Source of the DNA: Phoronis australis
Taxonomy: Eukaryota > Animalia > Phoronida
DNA length: 64,000 nucleotides
Assembly (NCBI GenBank): GCA_002633005.1
Contig: NMRA01000206.1
Span: 533,203-597,202, forward strand
Reading direction: 5' to 3'
Both the position numbers and the translations under genes were made by a program. A model generated the notes under the pieces. It ran no database searches and had not been told where the DNA came from. It worked only from the letters and a program-made list of their open reading frames with translations. Shown here piece by piece: positions 39,682 through 52,804 of the stretch (the stretch's first letter is position 1; the number at the start of each line of letters is the position of its first letter).

Positions 39682-42456
39682 CTATTCATCGGCCCGTTCA
39701 CAGCGACAAGCGTCTGTCGCTTGCCCCTCACGTGATCGCCTGCTAAATCTCGAGCATAAGAGGTATTTGATAAAACAGGAAAATGGTGCAAACAATATAC
39801 CAACGAATGACCCGGCGACTGCGCTCAAAATCTTCATGAACATCGTTACGTCTCGTATGCTGGGCTTACATGATAATGGAGTGCGAACAAAACGTGAACT
39901 TATCAGATTTACCGCTTCACAACTGTAATCCGCCACGGACAACTTATCGCTAGGCAAACGGATGGCTCCGCTGTTTACTAACACGGATAGATTTTTGGAC
40001 GGCAGGAATTCAATTATGTCTTTTGACGGTGCTTTGATCTTGATCGTGGGCGCTGGGTCACCGAAGGCAGAGCATTCAACTGTGGCGTGCCCACTTTTAG
40101 CTCTAAATAGTAGACGAGGCTGGGAAGGTCTTTCGCATACAAATGTTGTATCAATAAATTCGTTGATTGTGTAACTTCTCTCGAAAGGAGTTTTGCAATC
40201 TATATATTTTGTACTGTAATAGGCAATGCTGTCAATTTTTTCTTGAAACTCATTCAACTCACAATTACAGTGAAATGTATTTCCACCCAAAAAGAATACA
40301 TTTGAAGCAAAGTCAGCAGAAACAGTCTGGATTTTGTTATTTCCCAGTTTCACTAAACGTAAACTTGGTATTCCGGCAAACGATTCGTATTCTACAGAGA
40401 TTAGTTCATTTTGATACAGATCTATTTCTCTTAGTGTCTTCACGCAATCAAAAACATTTTTGGAAATATTTTGAATACGATTACCGTCTAGGTAAACCTC
40501 CGTTAAATGCCTTAAGTCGCAAAGAGTGCCTTCTTGTATGTTATGGATTTGGTTATGCGAAAGAGCAATACTTTCCAACATTACGACATTCTTGGAAAAA
40601 ATGTTGCGCTTTAAAGCTTTGATTTTATTGTTTCGAAGTTGTAATGTCTTCAAATTATACATGAAGACAAAACATTCATTTTCTAGTTGGTTTATCTCAT
40701 TAAAATCAAGATCCAGGTTTTTGAGATTGGGGAGTCCCCATAGCCAATCTTTGCTCACCGTTTTAATATTATTGTAGGCAAGATTTAGCACTTCCAGCTT
40801 TCCCATGTTCTGGAAGGAATTATGCTGAATCGAGTTAATGGTGTTGTTTGATAAATCAAGTCCTATTAGCTCTGACAAAAATGAAAACATAGATGAAGAT
40901 ATGTGGCGAAGAAAGTTATCAGCTAAAGTCAGCTGAGCCGCATTTGTCTGCCGCGAAAATGCACCCTCTTGGATTTCAACAATGTTACAGCCTATGAAGT
41001 TCAACTTCTGGCTTCGCACATTCTCAAGGAATATCTTAGTTAAAGTTACTTTTTTCCTTCCAACATTAACTACTTTAAAGCCCTGAAACCACATGTTCTT
41101 GATAAAAGATGGCTCCATCCTTCTCATGAGTATCGACGGCATGCTAATAGCAGTGTCGATATTCTTGATTGCTAGCGTAAAATCCAATATACCAAGAAAC
41201 GTAATCTTTGCCACACTCGCGACAGTGACAACTTCAAGCTTTAACCTTTTCAGATTTGTTAGGTCTATGAAAACGTTTTCTTGTACGGACGTTATGATGT
41301 TACCAGCTATGAACAGTTCTGACAATTTTTTTGTAGTTGAAAACATTCCCCGTTTTAAGGTCGTCAGAAAGTTATGTGATATGTCTAACACAACCAAATT
41401 CTTGAGATAGCCTAAATCAAACGTTTCCAGTTGATTAAAGCTAAGATAAAGTTCATATAAACTGTTCACTCGTTTAAATATATCCTTTGTAAAATTGCGA
41501 ATATCATTTTCCTTCAAGCTCAAGATTTGTAAATTGCTAAGATTTCGAAATGCATTTGGATAAATTTCGCTGATCCTATTATTGCCCACAGTCAGTAACC
41601 TAAGGTTGTTAAGACCCTCAAAATAGTGTCTGGAAATGTGTGTCAAATTGTTCTGGTACAAATTTAATACACGCAACCGATAGGTGTCAGTAAAGGCCGA
41701 TGTGCAAATGGTCCTTATCTCGTTTCTGCTTATAAACAGAAGCAAAAGGCGTTGGAGACCAAGAAATGCAGTTGATGTGATCTTTTGCAAGTAGTTGTTT
41801 GATATCAGCAGAGTGCTTAAATTTCGTAAATGAACAAATGGTCCATCCTTCAATTCTTGAATTCTGTTAGATTGGAGATCCAATTCCACCAGATTGATTA
41901 AACCCTTGAACACATCCGTCGAAATATTAACAAGGTTGTTATTCCCAAGCCACAAGATTTGCAGATTGGTGAGAGACTTGAAAGAATTGTCTTGGATTAT
42001 TGTTATGTTATTCTTTTGTAAGTTCAGCGTGATGAGCGTAGAGAGGCCCTGGAACGTCGTGTTATATATCTGCGTCAGTTTGTTCTTGGACAAAACCAGT
42101 GACTCCACACTCTCCAGCTGTGCGAAAGCTCCATCGTCGATCTTACTTACGTTATTATCTTTCAAGCTCAGTTGTCTCAAACTGCCCAGTCCTCTTAGGA
42201 ACTCTTTTCCTATATGTGTTAGCTGATTTCCATCGAGCTGCAAACTCATCACTTGAGATGAGAGGTTGTTGAATAAATTCCCAGAAATCGTCCGGATTCC
42301 ACATCTTGCTAAGTTGACGGAACCCCATCGAAGTTTGGTTTCAATTACCGACTTTGATAACCTTGAACAATCTGTCGTACCTGCCAGGCCAATGCGTTCA
42401 TAAAAAAATAAATTTGCGAATAGAAATAAGATGAAAAAATTGTTTACAAGAGCCAT
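39682..42456 (-). CDS. Intronless leucine-rich-repeat + Ig-like + transmembrane receptor (LIG-type), 924 aa
   Basis: Signal peptide; more than 20 LxxLxLxxNxI repeats in two blocks; LRRCT (GNTFHCNCEL...IDCKTP); Ig-like ATVECSAFGDPAPTIKI...DYSCEAVN; hydrophobic ILSAVAGSFVGILFAPFSCFI; short basic tail; no TIR domain. Confidence 0.92.
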   Translation of the reverse strand: MALVNNFFILFLFANLFFYERIGLAGTTDCSRLSKSVIETKLRWGSVNLARCGIRTISGNLFNNLSSQVMSLQLDGNQLTHIGKEFLRGLGSLRQLSLKDNNVSKIDDGAFAQLESVESLVLSKNKLTQIYNTTFQGLSTLITLNLQKNNITIIQDNSFKSLTNLQILWLGNNNLVNISTDVFKGLINLVELDLQSNRIQELKDGPFVHLRNLSTLLISNNYLQKITSTAFLGLQRLLLLFISRNEIRTICTSAFTDTYRLRVLNLYQNNLTHISRHYFEGLNNLRLLTVGNNRISEIYPNAFRNLSNLQILSLKENDIRNFTKDIFKRVNSLYELYLSFNQLETFDLGYLKNLVVLDISHNFLTTLKRGMFSTTKKLSELFIAGNIITSVQENVFIDLTNLKRLKLEVVTVASVAKITFLGILDFTLAIKNIDTAISMPSILMRRMEPSFIKNMWFQGFKVVNVGRKKVTLTKIFLENVRSQKLNFIGCNIVEIQEGAFSRQTNAAQLTLADNFLRHISSSMFSFLSELIGLDLSNNTINSIQHNSFQNMGKLEVLNLAYNNIKTVSKDWLWGLPNLKNLDLDFNEINQLENECFVFMYNLKTLQLRNNKIKALKRNIFSKNVVMLESIALSHNQIHNIQEGTLCDLRHLTEVYLDGNRIQNISKNVFDCVKTLREIDLYQNELISVEYESFAGIPSLRLVKLGNNKIQTVSADFASNVFFLGGNTFHCNCELNEFQEKIDSIAYYSTKYIDCKTPFERSYTINEFIDTTFVCERPSQPRLLFRAKSGHATVECSAFGDPAPTIKIKAPSKDIIEFLPSKNLSVLVNSGAIRLPSDKLSVADYSCEAVNLISSRFVRTPLSCKPSIRDVTMFMKILSAVAGSFVGILFAPFSCFIKYLLCSRFSRRSREGQATDACRCERADE

Positions 42457-43406
42457 TAATCACATCGATTTCACCACGAGACTTCGGTTGCAATAATTGA
42501 AAAGTGACTACTGTCTTATTCAAACGACACTACCTTTCAATATCACAGTTTTCCCTTTCAGCAAATTTATCTCAGGCGACGACTAGGTGTAATAAACGCT
42601 TTACGGTATTCGTGACATTTGTCCATGCGATAAATTTGAATCAGTTACTACTAACAGCTTATTGTCTTGGAAAGGGTTTAACATGTACTTTTACATCAAG
42701 TATTATAAGTTTAAAATGTCGAGACCAGAAAACTTACACACTGTAGAAACAGGTAAAACACTTTAAAACGCTTATTAAAAACACTATCTTTTGAGCCTCA
42801 TAGTAGCTGGCTCTGCCGTTTTGTTGGATGTTATGTAGCAACAAAACATCGCGTTCCAGTTAGCGGAATTTGAATAGGGGAGATTTTGTTTTTTATCGAT
42901 TTTGTCGACAGTATTTGATGACTATGGCAATGATTGGTAATGATGGTGTCCTTTTCAGTGTTGTCGTTGGTGTGAGAGGAATCGTTGTTCTTGGCCAGAA
43001 CGGCGGTGTTCTGGACGATTTGAAACGATCGACTTTAGTGGTGTCGTTCCTGGTATTATCCGCAGGAATTCGAAGCACCGTTATTGAGAACTTTTAATGC
43101 AAATATCATGTTTTCAAAAGCTAAAGTAGTTCGTTTTGCCTAAGCTATATGGAACACTTCACTTCACTGCACATTTACGAACAGAACGTTTTTAGTAACA
43201 TTTGAAATGGATAAATACACTAAACCTCGTATATGTGATGGTGTTCACACACGAGTGCATGTTTAAGTACGGTGTGTAATTTTTTGCTGTATGGACGCAA
43301 ATACACCCATGCCACCTTTTCTTAAAGCAACACCACTTCCCTGTAAACATCCGAAAGATCCTCTGTTGTCATGTGTGGTTTGGTACATGTATGGTCTCTT
43401 ATTGGA

Positions 43407-43407
<1 letters not shown>

Positions 43408-43458
<51 letters not shown>
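43408..43458. repeat. (TGC)n trinucleotide repeat
   Basis: Direct read. Confidence 0.95.
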
Positions 43459-43459
<1 letters not shown>

Positions 43460-43759
43460 ACTGGTGGTGGTGATGTTGCTGCCGGTAGGTGAAACTTTCA
43501 TGATTTTTTGTATGCCACGGTTTCACTGGATATGCACCATCGGTACAATGGGCATACTCATATCTTCACCAGGACAAATTAGCTTTTTGGTTCACTTTCC
43601 AAAATTTTGTTGTTCGTGAATTTAAACGCTGAATTCCCGAAAGCCAGCAATATTTCGCACTCGCTCGCTGATATGCAACTTCCATTGATACCACTAATAG
43701 ACCGCCGTTATAGCTGACTTTCGAAATAGCCGCATCATGTTGAAATCCATTATCCCGCG

Positions 43760-45230
43760 AAACGGCGATCAGGTCTTTCTTGGACTGGCGTTCAACGCCA
43801 CCTACTGGTTCACGTAATATGGAGGGAAGGTTTCAACATTCTGGTATAAACCGCGTTATAACACATTTCCTGTTATTATAGCGCAGGCGCTAGTCCACAG
43901 CTGTGCGGTAGGATGTACTAATTTCTAACGAAAAAGGGCAAACCTTTTGAAATATCGATGGATGAACAGGTTCATGGTGAGCCGTACCTTACCCATTGCG
44001 AAGATGAATCCGCGACTAACCCAGTTGCTTATAACAGGGAAAATTTCGATCGCAGCCAACGTCAAAAAGCTGAAATAGATTAGTGAACTTAAACTTATCA
44101 AACAATAGGAGGCGCTGACAGTGGCATTTATTCCTCTGCTTTTAAATTTACGAACCGCTGTGCAGTAATCGAATTTCTGTTCACCGAAGCTGAGTCAGGA
44201 TCAATTGGAAGTCACTTTCGTGCTTTCATTACTTTAGAGAGCGCCAATTAAAAAAGACTCCTATTGGGAAATCCCAAATTTATCATTCAAGTGATAGCCT
44301 GGTGGAAATTGTAATACACTTTGACTGCGCTACCGTTTCCTAACCTTTCCCTCTTTACATGTCTTTCCCGTACGTGCATATTTCCATTGGACGTTCCACT
44401 GCCCGAACTTTCTCTTGTGTTGTTTGTCTTTTCCTTATTTAGCCAGAATCTGAGGAGTTGTCCCCTGCCCCCACCTAACAAGCCTATGAATCCTTGACCA
44501 CAATAAATTCTCGAAGTAAATGAAACATAACAACAGATGACTTTCGAAATTACTGAGCCATATTGAAATTCTCACTAACCTAACAGAATGTGATCCGCCC
44601 CGAGTTCAGCAACGCTAGGGCCTCACTAAAAAGCAGGACTTCGCGAGATATTGTCGTTTATTTTAAATGAGAGCATGTGAATTTGGTTAGATTTTAGCAA
44701 GGTCCTAGCGTAGATCCTAGCGTTATTGATATCTACCCAGATCTTTGTTGGACAAGCGTTCAGCTCCAGCTACAGAAACCACGTAATTCGTCCTGGAAGT
44801 TTCAACTTACTGGTATAAACAGCGTTATGGATATTTTTCTGCTTTTATAATGCCGGCAAATCACAGCTGCTATGCAGTAGGATGTATCAATGCCCAAAGA
44901 AAAAAGGTAAACTTTTTGAAATATCGTTTGATGAACAAGGACGTCCTGTTCCATAAATTCCCCACTGCGAAGAGTCCGCGACTTAGCCAGAGGTTGGTAA
45001 AGCGGGAGAATTTTGATCCCAGCCGGTGTCAAAAAGCTAAATATATGAGTGCAGTTTAACTAATCAAACAATAGGAGTAGCTGACAGTGGAATTTATTCC
45101 TATGTTTATGTTTATGAACCTCTCTGTAGTAATTCAAATCCTGTACACCAAATGTGAGTTGGAATCAGATGGAACTCACTTTTGCGCTCTCATTACTTTA
45201 AAGAGCGCCATTATGAAAAGTCCCCTATTG
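43760..45230 (+). mobile_element. Two diverged tandem copies of a THAP-remnant repeat
   Basis: About 43760-44270 and 44740-45230 align. The second translates MPANHSCYAVGCIN...FHKFP...VKRENFDP (THAP-like, C-terminal CxxHF lost). Confidence 0.6.
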
Positions 45231-46992
45231 ACTGGCTGAAACCACGGACTTTATGTAAGTCCGTGCAAAAACCATTCCATGAAAAGCTATGAAACAATAA
45301 TAACAAAAATGGTTCGGCAGTGTTGAAAGGTTCCACTGCCGATGTAGTATAGGACTTAACCTTAAACTACTCAAAGAAATGATCGCGTAAATCCTAAAAT
45401 TAGCATGTCGTTGACGTTTTCTTTATCATTGATCGCGTCTGTGGGTTGGAATGCGCCTCTTAGGCACCACTAAATCCACGTGTGAGTTCAACTATGGTCC
45501 TAGTCAAATTAATGTGTTTCTTGGGAAAAATTACTACTCCCCAGAAATCGCCCTAAAATCGTTATAAACGGAATGCTAAGGTTTGCCGTTAGTGGTGTTA
45601 TCATTCTACCGCTGTTTTGCATCAGTTATGACTTTACTGCGGCAATAATGGGTTTGGAACTATATTATTCAAGTAATTGGGTGTAAGCCCGCTTTGTTTC
45701 TACCTATGTCCCTATATGGGGACAGAGAGAGCGAGAGAGAAACACACTTCATTTTCCTAGTCATATAAAACATACATTGTTATACGGCTGGGTGGCCAGC
45801 AAAGGCACCGACCGCTAATACCTGACCACCGAGTAACAATAAATTAAATTAATAATAACAAGTAAGAAGAACAATATAGACAACAACAGAAAAAGTACAT
45901 TTACAGTGAAATGAAATACAAGTTTTATTAAAAACGTAAATTAAATACACTTGGGAAAGATTTATACACAGAGACTACGGATACAAGAGAAACAGCACGG
46001 TTAGAAAAGCATAATATGTCCAAGATGTAGGACAGGTGATCACGGTTACTTCAATAAGAACATGCATAACTACATAGAACGTTGCACTGAGAGCTCTAAG
46101 TGCTTAATAATAGATGGAAAACACACACAAGCTGTGCATGTCGACCTTGTCTGTTACATATCTCGGAAGGATACAGTTCTTTATTAAATTTTGTATTTTA
46201 AACATTAATGAATTTTCGCAACTCTTTCTGTTGTTGGTGTCTACTTTTAAGACAGATTGTTGACTGCATATTCGAGGAAGATCTCTTAGTTTCTGATAGA
46301 ATTGGGAAAAATGTTATCATAAAAGTAAATGGACAATTGACTATGTTTGAACTAATAAACTAATTTTAGGCAAGCTTGATTAAATATGTTAACAAGAAAA
46401 AGTGTTCTGAATTCCCTGCAAATTATTTTTGAGAGTGTAAAAGGAAGAATTTGCAAAATTTCTTAAAGTGTTTTACCGGAGAAGTTTCAATCTCGTACAA
46501 TTATTGGACCCCCGTAGTGTTATACAAAATGTAGATGTGATAGTATAAGAGCATTGTAAACCATCAGGATTGTGTGATTGGGACAATAGTGTTTCAATAT
46601 GGAGAGGACGCCCACAGTATTAGCTATTTTGTTAGTGATTTCCTGAACATACTTGTTCCAGGAAAGATGGCTGTCTACAAAAATACATAACATTTTGAAA
46701 TTTTCAACTCTATTAATAATTTCATTGTTGATTTTAATTTGAGGGATGTCAGCTTCGCTGATATTTTTGTGAGCCTAGCTGAATGATTTCGAGATTCTGA
46801 AACGTGGGGCGCGCGACAGTTGTGAAGCGGTTTGTTTCCATTAGACATTTTTATGGTTTTGCCTGCTACAAGGCCCCGCCTTTCATGGTATTAGGCAGGA
46901 CATTGGATCAGTGCTACCAAGTCGGTAAGAGTCAATTCAATTAGGAATAGCCGAACTGTACGAAACTGGAGTCAACAGAGTCAAACTATTAC

Positions 46993-47164
46993 CTAGCAAC
47001 GTGCCACGGTCTCTGAGGGGGGTTGTTCCCAAATCCGACCACGTAGCTCCTGTTAGCAGGATTGTCACCAAGGATGTAGTGAATCTGCTCTTTAGCAAAC
47101 GAGTTGTAGTCAGCATAACAGTCGTCTATTTCCGCCAGCCACAGTGCAATGAAGGCCATGTTAG
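46993..47164 (-). CDS. GH9-like gene B, exon 7
   Basis: 172 nt. ANMAFIAL...[31 protein letters not shown]. Confidence 0.93.
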
Positions 47165-48119
47165 CTGCAAATATTAACAATGTTGTATCGTCAGAGCTTC
47201 GGTTCTTTTCTGTGAAAAACAACCCCAGGAACATTCATCGGGTTTATTAGCGACTTAAAGGTGCATTTCACCCGTTTAACTGTTCAATGTTGAGTTCGCA
47301 GCAGAAACGTTTCGGAGTTTACAATGTTACCCGGCTCATCCAGTGATCTTGAATTTTTGTTGAATGAAACGGCAATTTAGGTCAAAGGTAAGGCGTTCAT
47401 GGACCATTTTCGAATCCGAAATTATGGAGTTGGCCAGCCCCAATAAGTTGTGAAGTCCCATCTCGTTATTCGTTTTAGCCAGCTAAACAGACTAGGCAGA
47501 AATACAGAAGTACTACACATGTCCCTACAGAAATACAATTGGCTGAGGCTGTACAGTAATTTTGATGGGGGAAATATCCTCGTAGATGCTGATTGTAAGA
47601 ACAAAAACAGATGAGTGCTTTTGATATGACATCTTTACGTGATTTAATCAATTGAATGAGATATTACCGTATTCTAGTATTTAGGCAAGTGAAGATAAAA
47701 TGACGCAGTAATGCCACCACACACAGTGAGACACGGCGGGTGTGAAATACTGCAAAGAATGACTAATGAAGGGGGGTAACAGGAAAGTCACGCAAACAAG
47801 TGTAACGTGCGGCGCGACCCTGTTTGCTGCTCATTCAAAACAGGCTTCTCAAAAGCATTTAAAAGGGACTCTAATACTTTCAAACGCAGCACATCTTGCT
47901 CCACGTAGCGAATTGAGAATGAAACAAGTATGTTTCGAAATATCGTGTGTCTTTTAATTATGTCGCTAGGTCAGTTACTGTATCTATGTTCAGTTGAGAA
48001 TAGAGTTTTGTTCCGAAAGTACGAACGTAGCGGAATAAAGACTGTGAACAATGAAAAGTGTCGTGCATTTAATAAATTCTGTATAACAGAAAACTTGCTC
48101 CCGAAGTAGAGTCATGTGT

Positions 48120-48121
<2 letters not shown>

Positions 48122-48151
<30 letters not shown>

Positions 48152-48173
48152 TGTATGTACGTATGTATGTATG
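48122..48173. repeat. (TATG)n microsatellite
   Basis: Direct read. Confidence 0.95.
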
Positions 48174-48534
48174 TGGCAAGACGGAATGGTTTCAAGTCAT
48201 TGGTGCAACGCGCCCGGCTGAGCCGTCTGCGCACCTCCATTATCTTTGCTTTTTTTTAGATTGCAATAACCATAAATTGACAAGCTTGGTGTACACGCTT
48301 GTTGTTCTTTTCCTCTCTGTCTTAGCTCACACATCCCTTACCGGTCTCGCTTATTCAACAATACACAAAAAAATTCGGAATGTTTCAACCGCTAATTGTG
48401 TTGTCATCTACCTTCAGAAAAAGCGTGGATTAAACTAAATCTTATTATGCCAAAAAAATAACATCACTACCCGCACCCACGGTTGTATAAGTTTATAGGC
48501 CTATTGCGAAGCGACTTTATAATAATATAGTTAC

Positions 48535-48839
48535 CAGCATATCGCAATGGCCCTTGCTGGGATCTGTACGACAGTTTTCCAGGTGTTCTTACCACGCCGT
48601 TGCGACCAAATTTGAAATCGTCGAGCGCTTCGGTGACTTTAGACAGGTATGTTGAGTTTGCAGTCGCTTCGTAGAGGAGGGTCAATGCACCGGAAATCTT
48701 GCTATCCCAAGAAAAGCCCCACTCTGAGGACTTAACCAAAGGCTCCATGTATTGTGCGTGTTTCAAGTATGTTTGATTCCCGGTGGCTTTGTACAGCCAC
48801 ATGGCTCCCCAGACTAACTCGTCTTTGAAGTGGTGCGAT
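48535..48839 (-). CDS. GH9-like gene B, exon 6
   Basis: 305 nt. FKDELVWGAMWLYKATG...FSWDSK...TPGKL...GPLRYA. Confidence 0.93.
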
Positions 48840-49216
48840 CTGCAGAGTCAATGAGCACTATATCATACATTCGGGTAGTCTGTTTACCTATCGCAAACTA
48901 CATGTACTTTGTGTCGTTTTGCCCTTTTAGCCACCGATAAACCTTAGTAACATACCATATTATACAGTGCTGCATGTTTTGGGTCTTCAATAGAAAGAGG
49001 TCTATTGACCTGAAGCCTTTACAACTCACAGATATCAACCTGACACCTTAAAAAGAAACATTGTGTCTGTTTACTTCAAATATTTCTTCACACCCCGATT
49101 GGCAGTGCTTTTAGACAAGAATAGACAAGAGCGACGTAATGAATGCCGGGAATTTGCCCTCAGTGGTTGAGCACAAATCGCAAAATCACTCCATACAAGG
49201 GATTGTCATTATTTGA

Positions 49217-49685
49217 CACCCGTTCCCAATACAGTAACTTTGTTCAAGAGTCTATTAAAATGCAAACTGTTGCATGCTTGCAGCGCACTGTAATAATGTA
49301 TATTACTACAATACATTATAAACTGTAACACTCTTCAACGAGTCCTGCATGCGTGTTACAGTGGGCGCCAGGATCAAGTCGATGTTTATACTCTCGTTGC
49401 CAAGCTTTTTGCTTATACATTAAGCTTCAAGAGTAGCGTCAATCCGTATTTCGCGTCGAATTTACAAAATGACAGCCTCAAATAAGAGTACCGCTATCCC
49501 AGAACTCTCAGGTCTCGCGAATTCACACTTGTTCTCCTTGCTCAAAAAGGCCGTCTCATTGTAGGCTTGTTGAACAGTGTTACAGTGTATAACGTATTGT
49601 AGTAATATATTACAGTGAGTTACAAGCATTTAACAGCTTGCATTTTAATAGAATCTTGAATAGAGTTAGATGTCGGGAACGAGTG
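49217..49685. mobile_element. Foldback/MITE with ~130-bp imperfect inverted arms
   Basis: cacccgttccc...ctattaaaatgcaa...ctgtaacact is mirrored by agtgttacag...ttgcattttaatag...gggaacgagtg. Confidence 0.72.
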
Positions 49686-50177
49686 AGATTTTTTTCAACG
49701 CCGCCTTTGGGAATGTAACCCACTTGCACCGCCCAATACTAAAATCAAATCTAAATCTTAACACAGCTTCTCCAATATTTAAGCAATTCTGCACATACTA
49801 CCTGGACAAGCGCAGCTGATTATGAAGACCACTTACGTAAAAGTATTAGTTTCAAAAAACATTAAACGACCTTACGTAGAGATGACACCAGCGAGAACGG
49901 TAACCACGGATATCACCCGCGAGAGATTGATAACAGGAACTCTAAAGATTCCATCAAGGCCAACTCCCATTTGTCCTTTTAATCATGCATTTCTTGCCAC
50001 ACGAATTTCCATCAGAACCCAGAGTAAAAAACCTTACATTATATGCCACTAATTTACGTGAGACCAGGGGTTAAGAAGAATTACACGTTTGTTTTCATCC
50101 GCCTTGGGTGGCTACAGTCAGCATTATTTACAGTTAACGTGCTAATCATCTCTGAGTAAAGCATGGGTCTATGGACG

Positions 50178-50262
50178 GTGATTGTCGTGCTGTAGCTTTG
50201 TATGATCTGTTGGCTTTTTGGTGATTGTCGTGCTGTAGCTTTGTATGATCAGTTGGCTTTTT
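50178..50262. repeat. ~42-bp direct duplication
   Basis: ggtgattgtcgtgctgtagctttgtatgatc.gttggcttttt occurs twice. Confidence 0.9.
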
Positions 50263-50394
50263 AACTGTAAATTGACAAGCTATTGGAAAAATGTCAATGA
50301 ACACTTTCCCGAAACTCGATACTCGACGTGATAACTCGGTGACGACAGGCCAATACTGGCACCTTGTCACGTGATTTTTGGCAAAAATGCTTAC

Positions 50395-50494
50395 CCATAA
50401 GGATGCGGTGGTGCCTCATAAACTCCCTGAAGCTCATTAGCAAACGAATACAACTCTTCGGCGTGACGCAAATACGACAGAGCTACTTCATTGT
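50395..50494 (-). CDS. GH9-like gene B, exon 5
   Basis: cctag|...|gtaag, 100 nt. DNEVALSYLRHAEELYSFANELQGVYEAPPHPYG. Confidence 0.88.
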
Positions 50495-51223
50495 CTAGGC
50501 GAAACAATATATCAACATGAAATTCAACATCAAAAACAAACGCGGTGCAATAGGGCTAGTGTTGGTAATGGTTGATGGGTAAACTGGACAATAGGATTTT
50601 AATAATTGCTGACATGTCCACTAGCTTAGGAATCAATCTGTTATTGTTAGGGTGACTCTGTCACATTTGATGCCTACCCTATACTGAATACCTGTGGCAG
50701 GATACATGAAGCAGTCCCAAACAGGGACTTAGTTAAGTTTCCCAAATCTTTTGCGTATTTGTTTCGTTCTTTACTCATATAAGCTCCTCATTGACTAATG
50801 GCATGTTCTAATAGTATAACTAAAAACGAGCCCTTACTTCAATCAAAATAATTAGTGAAGATCCTTACTTGTTTTCAAATATTGATAATTGAATGTAGAA
50901 TTGCCTTTCGATTAGTACCAAAGCCAACAATTGGCTTAGCAATGATACTCAAACAGTACAAGAAAGAACAATCAAGTGTTTTCACAAACCCACAGATATG
51001 CAGATATTTTAGGGAACTTAGATGAGTCTCTATTGGGGACTGTTTCATGCAACCTAGCACAGGCGAGCTCGTTTCGTTTGAGACAAAGTTCACCGGGAAG
51101 CCACTACATGCCAGTAAAAGAGATGCTCAAAAGACAAGTTGTGTTTAAAACACGAAAGAAGACAAACCAAAAAACACAAAACAAAAGTGGAAGTTTGATT
51201 CAAAAAGCAAAACTGAACCTTAA

Positions 51224-51767
51224 AGAGACCTAGAACGCGACTAACAGATTAAGTTGCAATATCGAAAGTGGTTCTCTGCAACTGAAAAAAAATTCAACCT
51301 GCTCAACTGATGTTTTTAGGGTTTTCCGTTAAGATTTTTAATTATTTTCTGTTGATATCAAAGCATTTTCAAATTTCAAGTTCAAGAAAAATCGATCTGT
51401 CTACTGCTCGCCACTTCGTCGATTTTTTTCCCACAAGACAAAACATGTCTCCTTATTTGGTATAGCAAGACATAGACGTAGCGCATTTCCCTTACATGGA
51501 AGATGTGACCTTTGACATCAAGCGACTTCAAGTGACTTGACTGTGAGCACATGCGCGAATTTATCGTAAATGAGATGGAGATTAGACACGCTGTGGTAAC
51601 CATAGAGTTTTTCCTTGGCAAGTATTTAAAAATCATGAATTTTATGATTTTCCTGGAAATTTCTTCATAGGAGAAAATGAATTGCTCTTTCTTAGACGTT
51701 GCGAGATGGTACTTTCGTCAGGAATTACTTAAAATACTTTTGACGAGCTTTCGCATTCCATGCCTCT
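51224..51767. mobile_element. TTAA-flanked MITE (Kolobok-like)
   Basis: ttaa|agagacctagaacgcga ... tcgcattccatgcctct|ttaa. A related right end occurs at about 55720-55905 and 58090-58267. Confidence 0.68.
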
Positions 51768-52641
51768 TTAAGCATCCCCGTTTTGCAGCTTGTCGTCCAC
51801 TCGCACACTCCCACAACATACTGTAACCCATCAGTTACATCATACTGGAATCAAAACACGTGACAATCGCCGCACAAATGAAAAACTTAATATTAATTCG
51901 ACGTTTCAGGATACAAAAATCGGACATCAAGTATCGACATACGAGTCAGGTTACATCCATGAAGTGAAACGATATTACAACACCAATGGCAGGAAATAGT
52001 TAACAAGTCCTCGCCATAACTGTTTACTATTTCCTGTCGTTGTTGTTGCACTGATTCCGCTTCACGGATATAACATGACGAGAGTCTGGTTTTAACGTAT
52101 GTATACAATGAGCCACGTGATCTTCTGGAATATACAACGTCTGCCACAGACTGCTGCCATAACGATTTTCGGTGCAGCCAGTTGAAATTTGAAAGTGGAA
52201 ACAGATCACGGACGACCTTTAGTTTTGTTACCTGATGCATTTAATCATGACCAAGTATACCCAATCTGACGTCATCAAACTCTTGAATGTAGTACTCTCC
52301 AAAACGGTGTAGAAACATTTTGACTACTGAGTGAACGGGCGCGTTCAAATGAAGGTCGTACCGTGATGGCCCAAGAGACACAATCTTGGGATTTGAATAC
52401 TACGAGCTTGTTTTGACAAGAAATCATTCAGTTTCTGCTCAAGTTTGTAGTCCCTGGCCCAGAGTCGAACTGACTGGGGCACTTCAATATCTAATACAAG
52501 TTTACATTGCAAGGTTTTGGCCTCCAAAGCAAAGAAAATCTTACTTGGGTCACGGAATATTTTTGTCTATAGATTTTTTGTAGTTTGTGCTTCGAACTGT
52601 AAAGTTCAATGATCGCACAAATTTACTCGTTCAGTAGTTAC

Positions 52642-52804
52642 CTGTGTCGTTGAAGACAAGAAACCCGGCCGCCAACGCAGCAGCAACCTCTCCCGCGACA
52701 TCGGAACCGGAAATATTTGGCTTGTGTGCCTTGGATACGTCACGACGTGTAGTCGACTCACACGGACGTTCAACCTTCTGCTGTTCCTCAGTAATGTCTC
52801 CAAC
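52642..52804 (-). CDS. GH9-like gene B, exon 4
   Basis: 163 nt. VGDITEEQQKVERP...SGSDVAGEVAAALAAGFLVFNDT. Acceptor is AAG. Confidence 0.9.

Noticed and set aside
39962-42226. Plus-strand ORFs overlapping the LRR gene
   Set aside because: Antisense shadows with no recognisable motifs.
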